From an uncultured Chloroflexia bacterium (GTDB taxonomy: Bacteria; Chloroflexota; Limnocylindria; Limnocylindrales; CSP1-4): 64,000 nt of DNA. Within the stretch, counting starts at the first letter, position 1. Each line of letters opens with the position of its first letter. A program made the position numbers and the translations under genes. The notes below the pieces were generated by a model. That model did not search any database, was not told where the DNA came from, and was given only the letters and a program-made list of their open reading frames with translations. This document shows positions 28,138-37,089 of the stretch, piece after piece. The stretch lies in NCBI GenBank assembly GCA_963813335.1, contig CAWEYL010000001.1, forward strand, positions 960,001-1,024,000, given 5' to 3'.

Positions 28138-29106
28138 CTAGTCCGGGGGCTCGACCACGCCCACCTGGTCAGGGACGGTGGGCAGCACCGCCCGGCGGAT
28201 CCGCTCCCGCGCCCGGCGGACGAGGACTGCGGCGCGGTCCGGCACGCCGGCCAGGCCGTGCCCCTCGACGACCAGCGACCCGGCAGCGGCCGCGAACCGC
28301 AGGTCCACGCGGCGGCGTGCCCGCCGACGCCCGGCGATCGCCGGGCGCAGGGCGGTCGACTGGAGGGCCGCGAGAAAGGTGTCGCCGGCACCGGTCGGGT
28401 CGAGCTCGCCGCTCGTCGCGGTCGGCAGGTAGCGCACCGTCTCCCCCGGCCCGTCCGGCCCGACCGCCACGAGCAGCCCGCCGGACGCCCCGCGGGTGAT
28501 CAGCAGGTCGGCGCCCGGATGGAGCAGCGTGCACAGCGCTGCGACCGGCGTCTCGCGCGGCACGTCCTGGTGGCTCACGCCGACGAGGTCGGCTCGATGG
28601 AGGATCGGCGACGGCCGCGGCGCCCGGCGGACGACGCGCTGGCCCGCCCGCAGCTCCCGCAGGAATCCCTGCCACGCCACCGAGACGTAGGCGCCCTGGG
28701 GGATCACCGCCGCCCACGCGTCGGGGATCTCGTCCGCGACCGGCACGATCGACCACCCGGCGGCGGCCAGCCAGCCGACCGGGATCGACGGGATCGGGAG
28801 CGGCACCCCGCGCTGGATGCAGGTCTGCTCCCGCCCGGCCGGCGTCTCCACGTTGTGGAAGACGGGACCTTCATCGAGCGGCACGACGAGGACCTCGGCG
28901 CCGGCCTGGCGCAGGGTGTCCAGCTCGCTGGACCCGGCCGCCTCGGCATCGGCACCGACGATCGCCGCCGTACGCAGGCCGAGTCGCGCGGTCGTCAGCG
29001 CGGCGTAGGTGACGCCGCCGCCCAGCCGCCAGCCGCGGGGGTCCGAAGGGTCGATGTCGCGGCATGCGGAGCCGACGTGGACGATCTCGAGCGGCGGCCG
29101 GGCCAT
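28138..29106 (-). CDS. PfkB-family carbohydrate kinase
   Basis: RLGGGVTYAA, ITRGASG, DPTGAGDTF. Confidence 0.85.
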   Translation of the reverse strand: MARPPLEIVHVGSACRDIDPSDPRGWRLGGGVTYAALTTARLGLRTAAIVGADAEAAGSSELDTLRQAGAEVLVVPLDEGPVFHNVETPAGREQTCIQRGVPLPIPSIPVGWLAAAGWSIVPVADEIPDAWAAVIPQGAYVSVAWQGFLRELRAGQRVVRRAPRPSPILHRADLVGVSHQDVPRETPVAALCTLLHPGADLLITRGASGGLLVAVGPDGPGETVRYLPTATSGELDPTGAGDTFLAALQSTALRPAIAGRRRARRRVDLRFAAAAGSLVVEGHGLAGVPDRAAVLVRRARERIRRAVLPTVPDQVGVVEPPD

Positions 29107-29159
29107 CGCACCTCCGGGCGTATACTGCCGGCCCCAGAACCCGGAACCGGAGCTGCCAC

Positions 29160-29549
29160 GTGTTCTTCTTCGAACTGCATGAGGGTGACGACGAGGTCTA
29201 CTCGGACGTCCTCGTCGTCAGCGAATCGGAATGGGAGCCCCAGGAGTTCTTCCAGCTGGTCCAGCAGATCCGACGTCGCGTCCAGGACAGCCACGGCCAC
29301 GATACCCTCAGCGAGGCCATCGCGATGGAGCTCGAGCGCGAGCACGGCTTCATCTACGTGAGCGACGATTCGCTGTCCGCCGCCGTCAACGTGTCGACCG
29401 TGGACGAGGACAACTTCCTCGTCGACCTCGAGGTGGACCTCGCCGACGCGCAGGCCGACCTCGACGAGGACGAGATCGAGGACGACCCCGACGCGATCGG
29501 CTTTCGCTCGGTGCTCGTCGACTTCGATCCGGGCGGCCGGCTGAACTAG
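29160..29549 (+). CDS. Highly acidic hypothetical protein
   Basis: GTG start; FFFELHEGDDEVYSD...; GC3-biased codons; TATACT at 29121-29126. Confidence 0.72.
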   Translation: MFFFELHEGDDEVYSDVLVVSESEWEPQEFFQLVQQIRRRVQDSHGHDTLSEAIAMELEREHGFIYVSDDSLSAAVNVSTVDEDNFLVDLEVDLADAQADLDEDEIEDDPDAIGFRSVLVDFDPGGRLN

Positions 29550-29560
29550 GGGCCCCGGCG

Positions 29561-30664
29561 CTACTTGCTGAACAGGATCTCGACGACGTCCCCGTCGCGC
29601 ATCCGGTAGGTCTTGCCCTCCGAGCGCAGCTTGCCGTGCTTGCGCGCCTCGGCCATCGAACCGAGCGACAGCAGGTCGTCGTAGGACACGGTCTCGGCGC
29701 GGATGAACCCCCTGGCCAGGTCGGTGTGGATCGCGGCGGCCGCGTCGACCGCGTTGGAGCCGTCGGGGATCGGCCACGCGCGGACCTCGTCCGGTCCGGC
29801 GGTGAGGAACGAGATGAGCCCGAGCAGCGTGTACGACAGCGCGATCACGCGGTCGAGCCCCGATCCTGCGATCCCGAGCTCCTCCATGAAGACGGCGGCC
29901 TCGTCCGGCTCGAGCTCGCCGAGCTCCATCTCGATGCGGGCCGACAGCGCGTCGACCATCGCGTGGCGGTGGCCGTAGTCGGCAGCGATCGCGGCGACCT
30001 TGTCGCCCGCGCCGGCGAGGTCGGCCTCGCCGACGTTCAGCAGCACCAGGACCGGCTTCTCGGTGAGGAACCGGAACCCGCGGATCGCCTTCTGCTCGTC
30101 GCTGTCGAGCACGACGTCGCGGATCGGCGTCCCCGCCTCCAGCGCCTCGTGCAGGCGCCGCAGGATCACCTCCTCGCGCTCGTTCGACTCGCGCTCGGCC
30201 GGCGTCCCGTGCCGGCCGGTGCCGGCGAGCCGCTCCAGGCGGCGCCCGGTCATCGCGAGGTCGGCGAGGATGAACTCGAGGTCGAGATGCTCGAGGTCGC
30301 GGGCCGGGTCGACGCTGCCGTCGGGATGCGGGTGGGCCGGGTCCTCGAACGCGCGGACCACGTGGAGGAGCGCATCGGAGTCGCGCAGCCGCGCCAGGTG
30401 GTCGGCCGGCAGCTCCTCGGTCCCGACGTGCCCCTCGGTCGACGGCGGCGGCGCCGGCAGGTCGACGTAGGTGACGTCGGCATGCACGATCTTCTTCGGT
30501 TTGAAGATCTCGGCGAGGCGGTCGAGCCGCTCGTCGGGCACCTTGACGACGCCGACGTTGAGGGTGACGCCGCCGTAGCCGCCGGTCTCGGCGTGGCCGC
30601 GGGTGAGCGTGTTGAAGACGGTCGTCTTGCCAGATCCGGCAAGCCCGATGATGGCGATCTGCAT
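29561..30664 (-). CDS. ychF: Obg-family ATPase YchF
   Basis: IIGLAGSGKTTVFNTLT, VKVPDERL, DALLHVVRAF, LISFLTAGPDEVRAW, IHTDLARGFIRAE, EGKTYRMRDGD. Confidence 0.93.
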   Translation of the reverse strand: MQIAIIGLAGSGKTTVFNTLTRGHAETGGYGGVTLNVGVVKVPDERLDRLAEIFKPKKIVHADVTYVDLPAPPPSTEGHVGTEELPADHLARLRDSDALLHVVRAFEDPAHPHPDGSVDPARDLEHLDLEFILADLAMTGRRLERLAGTGRHGTPAERESNEREEVILRRLHEALEAGTPIRDVVLDSDEQKAIRGFRFLTEKPVLVLLNVGEADLAGAGDKVAAIAADYGHRHAMVDALSARIEMELGELEPDEAAVFMEELGIAGSGLDRVIALSYTLLGLISFLTAGPDEVRAWPIPDGSNAVDAAAAIHTDLARGFIRAETVSYDDLLSLGSMAEARKHGKLRSEGKTYRMRDGDVVEILFSK

Positions 30665-30717
30665 GCGGCCGATCGTAACCGCGACGGTCGGCCGGCGTCC
30701 GACGGCCGACCGGGCGC

Positions 30718-31812
30718 TCAGTACCCGGCGGTCGGGTCCACCACGTTGACCAGCGGCTCGCCCGCCGCGAAGCGCGTCAGGTTGTCGCAGAAGAGCTCGA
30801 CGCTGCGATCGAGCACCCGCCCGCTCGACCAGGCGGTATGCGGCGTCACGATGACGTTGGGCAGGTCGTAGAACGACGACATCGGCGGCAGCGGCTCGTC
30901 GTGGAACGTGTCGAGCACGGCGCCGCCCAGCGGCCCGTCGCGCAAGGCCCGCAGCAGTGCCCGCTCGTCCACGAGGCGGCCGCGGGCGACGTTGATCAGC
31001 CACGCCCCGGGCTTGAACAGGGCCAGCGTCTCGTCGTTGATCATCTCCTCGGTCTCGGGGGTCAGCGGCGCCGCGAGGACCACGAAATCAGACTCGGCGA
31101 GGAGCTCGGGCAGCGTCTCCGGGCCGCCGACACGGTCGAGCGGCAGCTCGCCGAACGGGCGGGCGTCCGCGTCGCCGAGCGCCACAGCCGCCGGGACCCG
31201 GGGCGCGCCGTGGATCGACCCGTCGGTCCGCCGCCGGACCGCGACCACGCGGCAGCCGAAGCCGGTCGCCAGCGACGCGACGGCGCGACCGATCGAGCCG
31301 AGACCGACGATCCCGACGGTGACGTCGCGGAGCTCCGCTCCCTCGAGCGGCTGCCACGTCCGCTCGCGCTGCAGTTCCAGAAGCTCCGGCAGCTTCCGGC
31401 TCACCGCCAGGATCATCATCATCACGTACTCGGCGATGGGCCGGCTGAAGACGCCGCGCGCGTTGGTCACGACCACGCCGCGCTGCCGCGCCGCCGGGGT
31501 CAAGGCCCGCTCCACGCCCGACGTCGCCGAGTGCACCCACGCCAGCCGCGGCGCCCGCGCCAGGATGCGGTCGAAGGCATCCGGCAGCAGCCAGCCGCGG
31601 AGCATCACCTCGACGTCCTCGAGCGGGCCGTCGGCGAGGCCTTCGATCGAGACGGTCACGATCCGGGCGCCGGGCGCCACCGCGCGGATGCGCTCCAGGT
31701 CCCGCTGGCGGTATCGCGCGGACAGGATCGGGCTCAGCGCGATCGCCGTCGGGGCGCCACCCGGCCCGCTCCCGGGGCCGGCCCGGTCGTTGATGGGGTG
31801 GTCGGCGCTCAT
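30718..31812 (-). CDS. D-2-hydroxyacid dehydrogenase
   Basis: WVHSATSGVE, TNARG, GLGSIG, INVARGRLVDE, LDTFHDEPLP, TPHTAW. Confidence 0.9.
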   Translation of the reverse strand: MSADHPINDRAGPGSGPGGAPTAIALSPILSARYRQRDLERIRAVAPGARIVTVSIEGLADGPLEDVEVMLRGWLLPDAFDRILARAPRLAWVHSATSGVERALTPAARQRGVVVTNARGVFSRPIAEYVMMMILAVSRKLPELLELQRERTWQPLEGAELRDVTVGIVGLGSIGRAVASLATGFGCRVVAVRRRTDGSIHGAPRVPAAVALGDADARPFGELPLDRVGGPETLPELLAESDFVVLAAPLTPETEEMINDETLALFKPGAWLINVARGRLVDERALLRALRDGPLGGAVLDTFHDEPLPPMSSFYDLPNVIVTPHTAWSSGRVLDRSVELFCDNLTRFAAGEPLVNVVDPTAGY

Positions 31813-33008
31813 GCGGCACCCAGGACGCGCTCGATCCAGCGATCGGGCATGTCGATCTCGCCGTCGCGGGGCAGCGACTCCGGGCCTTCCCAGAGTCGGG
31901 TCAGGGCCACATGGCCGCGGGCGTCGGCGATGGCCCGCACGAACTTCTCGCCCTTCTTGTACTGCTCGAGCTTGAGGTCCATGCCGGTCAGCTTGAGCAT
32001 CGAGCGCTCGAAGGCGGTCCGCCGCGCCCGGCGCTCGTGGAACCGGGCGCTGATCCGCTCGACGTCGGGCACCAGGTCGCGGCCGACCTCGTCCATCACG
32101 TAGTCGCTGAACCCTTCGAGCAGGCTCATGACCGCCTGCGTCTCGCGGAACAGGGTCCGCTGCTCGTCCCCCATCAGCCGCTCCAGCCAGTGGCTGCCGT
32201 CCAATTCGCCGCGCAGCGCGCGGCGCAGACCGCGCATGGCGTCGCGGCCGAGCCCGCGCGCATCGCCGCCGAAGAGCGCCAGCTGGCGCTCCAGGCGGGA
32301 GGCGAGGTACGGGCGCAGCCAGGGGTGCGCCTCGAACTCGAAGGCGTGGGTCGTCTCGTGGAGGGCGATCCACGTCCGGAATGGCTCGAGCGGCACGCCG
32401 AGGACCTTGGCGGTCTGGCGGATGTTCTCCTCGACGAACAGCAGGCGGCCGGGCGCCTGCTCCGCGGAGAGCAGGGCGACGTCGTACTGGCCGAGGACAC
32501 GCTGGCCCAGGAACCCGAGGAGGTATCCGAGCTGCCGGCTCGTGACCCAGCGGTTGGCCAGCGCCATCGTCGCGGCGACGACGGTCCCGCCCTCGGGGAC
32601 GATCTGGTCGAGCAGGTCGGCCTCGAGCTTGCCGATGAGCGACGCGAAGGTCGCGGTGTTGGCGCGGACCCAGCCGGCCCGGTCGACGACGCCGGAGCGC
32701 TCGACGACGCCGGGGAGCTCCGTGCCCAGGGCGGTGGAGAGGGCCGGCACGATCCGCGCCATGGCCGCTTCGTAGGCGGGACCGGCCGCCTCGATCTCGG
32801 CCCGGCCCAGGGCGCCCGGCGCGCGCGAGGAGCGGCCGATGGCGATGCGCTCCACCGTGGTCCAGTCGACGAGCCCGCGGCGCGCCGACCGCTCGGCCCG
32901 CCGGCCGACGACGACAGCCGAAGCCGCGACCGCAGACCCGATCAGGAACCCGGCCTGCCAGACGCGGTCGTCGCGCCAGGACGGCCGGCGGTCCGCGTCG
33001 CCACTCAT
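31809..33008 (-). CDS. Zincin-like metalloprotease (DUF2342 type)
   Basis: DRAGWVRAN, VLGQYD, WIALHETTHAFEF, MSLLEGFSDYVMD, KLEQYKKGEKF. Confidence 0.85.
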   Translation of the reverse strand: MSGDADRRPSWRDDRVWQAGFLIGSAVAASAVVVGRRAERSARRGLVDWTTVERIAIGRSSRAPGALGRAEIEAAGPAYEAAMARIVPALSTALGTELPGVVERSGVVDRAGWVRANTATFASLIGKLEADLLDQIVPEGGTVVAATMALANRWVTSRQLGYLLGFLGQRVLGQYDVALLSAEQAPGRLLFVEENIRQTAKVLGVPLEPFRTWIALHETTHAFEFEAHPWLRPYLASRLERQLALFGGDARGLGRDAMRGLRRALRGELDGSHWLERLMGDEQRTLFRETQAVMSLLEGFSDYVMDEVGRDLVPDVERISARFHERRARRTAFERSMLKLTGMDLKLEQYKKGEKFVRAIADARGHVALTRLWEGPESLPRDGEIDMPDRWIERVLGAA

Positions 33009-33868
33009 CGGGCGGCGACCGCGAGGTCGATGGCGGTCACGTCCGGGAAGTCGGCACCGAACAGCCGCCCGGCCAGGTCGCCGAAGCGGACCGGGTCGCC
33101 GGTCGTCAGCTGCAGGTGGCTGGCCGCGGGTCCGCCGTCGGGCGCCTCCAGGCCGTTGATGTCGAGCAGCTCGGCGAGGGCCGACGCGGTCGACGCGGCC
33201 GAATCGACGATCGCGATCCGCGGTCCCACGACGGCCTCGATGAGCGGACGCAGCAGCGGGTAGTGGGTGCAGCCGAGCAGCAGGGTGTCGATCTCGGCGC
33301 CGGGCGGCCGCGGGAAGATGGACTCGCCGTCGGCGTCGCGCTCGCCGAGGAGCGGCGCGAGGGCGTCGCGGACCGTCGCCTCGGCCACGGGGCCGCGGAG
33401 CTCGCCCGCCTCGACCAGCGGCACGAGCGCCGGGGTCGCGTGCTCGTCGACCTCGATCGCGGGGTTCTCGTCCTTGATCGCCTCGAAGTAGGCGTGGCTG
33501 CGGATCGTCGCCGGCGTGGCGATGACCCCGACCCGGCGGACCCGGGTCGCGAGGGCGGCCGCGGAGGCGCCCGGGCGGATCACGCCGAGCACGGGCAGGT
33601 CGTAGCGCCGGCGGAGCGCGGTGAGGGCCACCGCCGTCGAGGTGTTGCAGGCGACGACGAGGGCCTTCACGTCGCGCTCCACGAGGGCGTCGAGGCATTG
33701 CGTCGAGAAGGCCAGCACCTCGTCGTCGGGGCGGACGCCGTAGGGGGCCCGGGCGTTGTCGCCCAGATAGACCGTGGACTCGGCCGGCGCCCGGCGCACG
33801 ATCTCGCGCAGGACGGTGAGGCCGCCCACCCCGGAATCGAACACCCCGATCGGCCGGGGATCGGACAT
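33005..33868 (-). CDS. murI: Glutamate racemase
   Basis: IGVFDSGVGGLTV, DNARAPYG, VACNTST, LGCTHYP. Confidence 0.95.
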   Translation of the reverse strand: MSDPRPIGVFDSGVGGLTVLREIVRRAPAESTVYLGDNARAPYGVRPDDEVLAFSTQCLDALVERDVKALVVACNTSTAVALTALRRRYDLPVLGVIRPGASAAALATRVRRVGVIATPATIRSHAYFEAIKDENPAIEVDEHATPALVPLVEAGELRGPVAEATVRDALAPLLGERDADGESIFPRPPGAEIDTLLLGCTHYPLLRPLIEAVVGPRIAIVDSAASTASALAELLDINGLEAPDGGPAASHLQLTTGDPVRFGDLAGRLFGADFPDVTAIDLAVAAR

Positions 33869-33876
33869 CGGCCTGC

Positions 33877-35028
33877 CTAGCCGCGCCCGGCGACGGCGGC
33901 GGGACGCACCGAGCCGATGATCTCTGAGGCGACCCGCGCGATGTCCAGGCTGACCTCGGCGTCGGGGTTGGCGAGGACGAACGGCACGCCCTCGTTGTTC
34001 GACTGGACGACCAGCCGGCCGTCGGACACCACGCGGTGCTCGGGCGTCCGCCCGAGCGCCCGTTCGAGCGCGGCCGGGTCGATGCCGCCCGACGAGTCGG
34101 CGCGGTTGACGAGGTAGCGGACCTTGGACGCCGGGTAGCCGATCGCCCGGAACGTGTCGGCGACGGCCACCGTGTTGTGGATGGTCGTGGAGTCGTAGGT
34201 CACGATCTCGACGATCGTGTCGCTGGTGTCGAGGAACGCGAGGTTCAGGTCGTTGAGCACGCTCGACATGTCGATGACGATCACGCTGTAGACGCGGCGC
34301 AGCAGCGAGAGGACCTTCTCGACGTCGCGCGCGGTGATCATCTCGGCCATCTCGATGCGCGGCGGGGCGAGCAGGATGTCGATGCCAGATGGGTCGCGCC
34401 AGAGGACGTCGCCCAGGTCCGATTCGGCGATGCGGTCGGTCGGCAGGTCCGTGATGGACGGGGCGTCGGTCGGCACCTTGAGCAGCGCGCGCAGGTCGCC
34501 GAACTGGAGGCTGCCGTCGATGAGCACGGTGCGCTGGTCGAGCTGGCCCATCGCGACCGCGAGGTTGAAGGCGATGGTGGTCTTGCCCACGCCGCCCTTC
34601 GGGGCGAAGATCGAGATGATCCGCGTGGCACCGCCGGCGTTGGAGGCCTCGAACGTCTTGCGCACGTCGTTGATGACGTTGATGAGCTCGAAGCCCGAGA
34701 ACGGCATCGCCAGCACGCCGTGGACGCCGTGCTCCGGGTCGGGCTCCATCGGGTTCTGCGGGACGGTCAGGACGATGACCGGGACGCCGAGCTCGGCCTG
34801 CCGGATCTGGTCGACGAGGGCCGGGCCCTTGATCCGCCCCTGGAGCAGCGCATCGACCAGGACCACGTCCGGCCGGAGCTCCTGGATGTGCGGCAGGGCC
34901 TTCGCGCCGTCGGACAGGACGTCGAGCAGCTTGACCTTGGCCTGCGCGTTCAACAGGCCGCGGATGTACTGCGCGACCTGCGGCACGTCCTCGACGATGA
35001 GCAGGCGGGTCTGGTCGCTCGATGCCAT
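33877..35028 (-). CDS. Second receiver-ParA/MinD ATPase fusion (CpaE-like)
   Basis: LLIVED...DVVLVD receiver; FAPKGGVGKTT, LIDGSLQFGD, SNNEGVPF. Confidence 0.86.
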   Translation of the reverse strand: MASSDQTRLLIVEDVPQVAQYIRGLLNAQAKVKLLDVLSDGAKALPHIQELRPDVVLVDALLQGRIKGPALVDQIRQAELGVPVIVLTVPQNPMEPDPEHGVHGVLAMPFSGFELINVINDVRKTFEASNAGGATRIISIFAPKGGVGKTTIAFNLAVAMGQLDQRTVLIDGSLQFGDLRALLKVPTDAPSITDLPTDRIAESDLGDVLWRDPSGIDILLAPPRIEMAEMITARDVEKVLSLLRRVYSVIVIDMSSVLNDLNLAFLDTSDTIVEIVTYDSTTIHNTVAVADTFRAIGYPASKVRYLVNRADSSGGIDPAALERALGRTPEHRVVSDGRLVVQSNNEGVPFVLANPDAEVSLDIARVASEIIGSVRPAAVAGRG

Positions 35029-35100
35029 CCGCTCGACGATACCATGCGGCCGTCTCGCGGGGCCTCCCACCCCGAAGTCCTCCCCACCACGCCAGACTGG

Positions 35101-35907
35101 CTACTCCCTGACCGCGATGAGGACCGCGCGTTCGCTGCCCGGACCGAGGGCCCCGAGCCCGTAGTCGCCGGCCAGCAGCTCGACGGTCAGGCCGGCATCC
35201 TCGGCGAACGAGGCGAGCTCCGCGGCCGAGACCAGGCGCATCACGTCGCGGCGGACCCAGCGCCGGACCGGCCCGCCCGGCGCGCCCGCCTCGAAGATGC
35301 TCGTCGAGACGATCGTCCCGGTGGCGGCGTCGTGCTGCGCCGAGCCGCTCTTCGTCACCACCTCGCCGGACTCCGGGTCCTGGCGCGGCCATTCGAGGAT
35401 GATGCGGCCGTCGTAGCGGGCGAGGTCGTCCGCGTCCGGGAGCCAGATGTCCACCGCCGCGACGCCGCCGGGGGCGAGGTGGTCGGCAAGCGTCTGGAGC
35501 GCCGCACGCTGGGCCTGCCGTGTGGGCAGGATCAGCAGCGAGTTGAGCCCGATGAAGGCGAGGCCGAAGCGCCCCGCGTCGGGCAGCCGGAGCCCGACCA
35601 GGTCGGCTTCCACGAACTCGATCCGGTCGCTGCCGTCCAGTCCGGCCGCGCTGGCGCGTCGCCGCGCCCGGTCGAGCATCGCGGGATCGAGGTCGACCGC
35701 GGTGACCCGGTCGCCCCGCGCGGCCAGCGGCACGGCCAGCCGGCCGGTGCCGGCAGCGAGCTCCAGGACCGGGCCCCCGGTCCGCTCCGCCAGCGCGACG
35801 TAAAGGTCGAGGTCGCCCGGGTCGTCGACCAGGTCCAGGTCGTAGTAGCGCGCGAGCGCGTCGGCCGTCGCGCGGTCGGGTCGCCAGGGGCCGCCGGCGT
35901 CGATAGG
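35101..35907 (-). CDS. Class I SAM-dependent methyltransferase; start codon unresolved
   Basis: Open frame ARYYDLDL..DLDLYVALA..GPVLELAAGTGRLA..AVDLDPAML extends upstream of the ORF-track start (35733) up to the speB TGA. Confidence 0.8.
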   Translation of the reverse strand, partial: PIDAGGPWRPDRATADALARYYDLDLVDDPGDLDLYVALAERTGGPVLELAAGTGRLAVPLAARGDRVTAVDLDPAMLDRARRRASAAGLDGSDRIEFVEADLVGLRLPDAGRFGLAFIGLNSLLILPTRQAQRAALQTLADHLAPGGVAAVDIWLPDADDLARYDGRIILEWPRQDPESGEVVTKSGSAQHDAATGTIVSTSIFEAGAPGGPVRRWVRRDVMRLVSAAELASFAEDAGLTVELLAGDYGLGALGPGSERAVLIAVRE

Positions 35908-36969
35908 TCAGCCCTCCCAGCGGACCGAGCGGCCGTCCGCGCGACGGAGCGCGAGCGCGCTGATGGCCTCGAGCGCCAGGCGGTTCGCCACCATGGCGGT
36001 GGTCTCCGCCTGGTCGTAGGGCGGCGAGACCTCGACGATGTCCATCCCCGCCAGGTCGACCGCGGCCACGATCTGGCGGACAGCCCGGAGCAGCTCGCGC
36101 GTGAGCATCCCGCCGGGCTCGGGGGTCCCGGTGCCGGGCGCCATGCCCGGGTCGACCACATCGATGTCGATCGAGAGGTAGATCAGGTCAGGCCCGTCGA
36201 GCGCCTCGGCGATGGCGTCGGCGATCACCGCCTCCGAGCCGCGCTCCTCGATCTCGCGCATGAAGTGCCAGCGCAAGCCGTGCGCCTGCATCCAGTCGAA
36301 GGTCTCCTGCGGGGGCCAGTAGCCGCGCAGCCCGACCTGGACGAAGTTCTTGCCGTCGATCGCGCCGGACTCGATCAGCCGGCGCATCGGCGCGCCGTGG
36401 CTGGCCAGGACGCCGAACGTGTCGTTCGCCGTGTCCGCGTGCGCGTCGAAGTGGACGATCCCGACGCGCTTGGGCGCGCGCACCTCGGCGACCGCCGTCG
36501 CGGCCGGCCAGGTGATCGAGTGGTCCCCGCCGAGGGTGATCGGGATCGCCCCGGTCTCGGCGACCTCGCGGACCTTGCGGTGGATCATCGCGTGGCCGCG
36601 CTCGATCCACGCCGGCACGATGTTCGCGTCGCCGGCATCGATGACCGTCAACACGTCGAACGGGTCGTTCCCCAGCTGCAGCGAGTGGATGCCCCCGGAC
36701 GTGTACTGCGCCTCGCGGATGGCCCGCGGGCCGAAGCGGGCGCCCGGGCGGTGGCTGACCGCGTCGTCGAACGGCGCGCCGATGATCGCGACGTCCGTGC
36801 CGCGCGCCCGGATCTCGGCCGGGTCGGTGACCCAGGGCAGCTTCATGAACGAGACCGGCCCGACGTAGGTCGGCAGGTCGAAGTCGGTGTACGTCGTGAA
36901 CTCGCCGTCCCAGCCGTTGCGGGACGCGAAGTCGGGCCGGGGACCCGGGTGGGGTGAGCGCTCGGTCAC
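35908..36969 (-). CDS. speB: Agmatinase / ureohydrolase
   Basis: GAPFD, RPGARFGPRAIR, GGDHS, HFDAHADT, SHG, SIDIDVVDPGMAPGTGTPEPGG, VEVSPPYD. Confidence 0.88.
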   Translation of the reverse strand: MTERSPHPGPRPDFASRNGWDGEFTTYTDFDLPTYVGPVSFMKLPWVTDPAEIRARGTDVAIIGAPFDDAVSHRPGARFGPRAIREAQYTSGGIHSLQLGNDPFDVLTVIDAGDANIVPAWIERGHAMIHRKVREVAETGAIPITLGGDHSITWPAATAVAEVRAPKRVGIVHFDAHADTANDTFGVLASHGAPMRRLIESGAIDGKNFVQVGLRGYWPPQETFDWMQAHGLRWHFMREIEERGSEAVIADAIAEALDGPDLIYLSIDIDVVDPGMAPGTGTPEPGGMLTRELLRAVRQIVAAVDLAGMDIVEVSPPYDQAETTAMVANRLALEAISALALRRADGRSVRWEG

Positions 36970-37089
36970 GAGGAACCTCCCGGAGACGGGCGCGGCGTCG
37001 GCCGCGTCGCAGGTCGACCGTCTCGCTGGGGGCGCCGCCGGTTCGAAGCCATCGTCCAGCGGGGCGCGCGGCGCGATGGTAGCACCGGC

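Noticed and set aside
35880-35910. Selenocysteine recoding at the speB TGA
   Set aside because: Only a weak 6-bp GC hairpin follows, and the position is an inter-domain linker rather than a catalytic Cys site.
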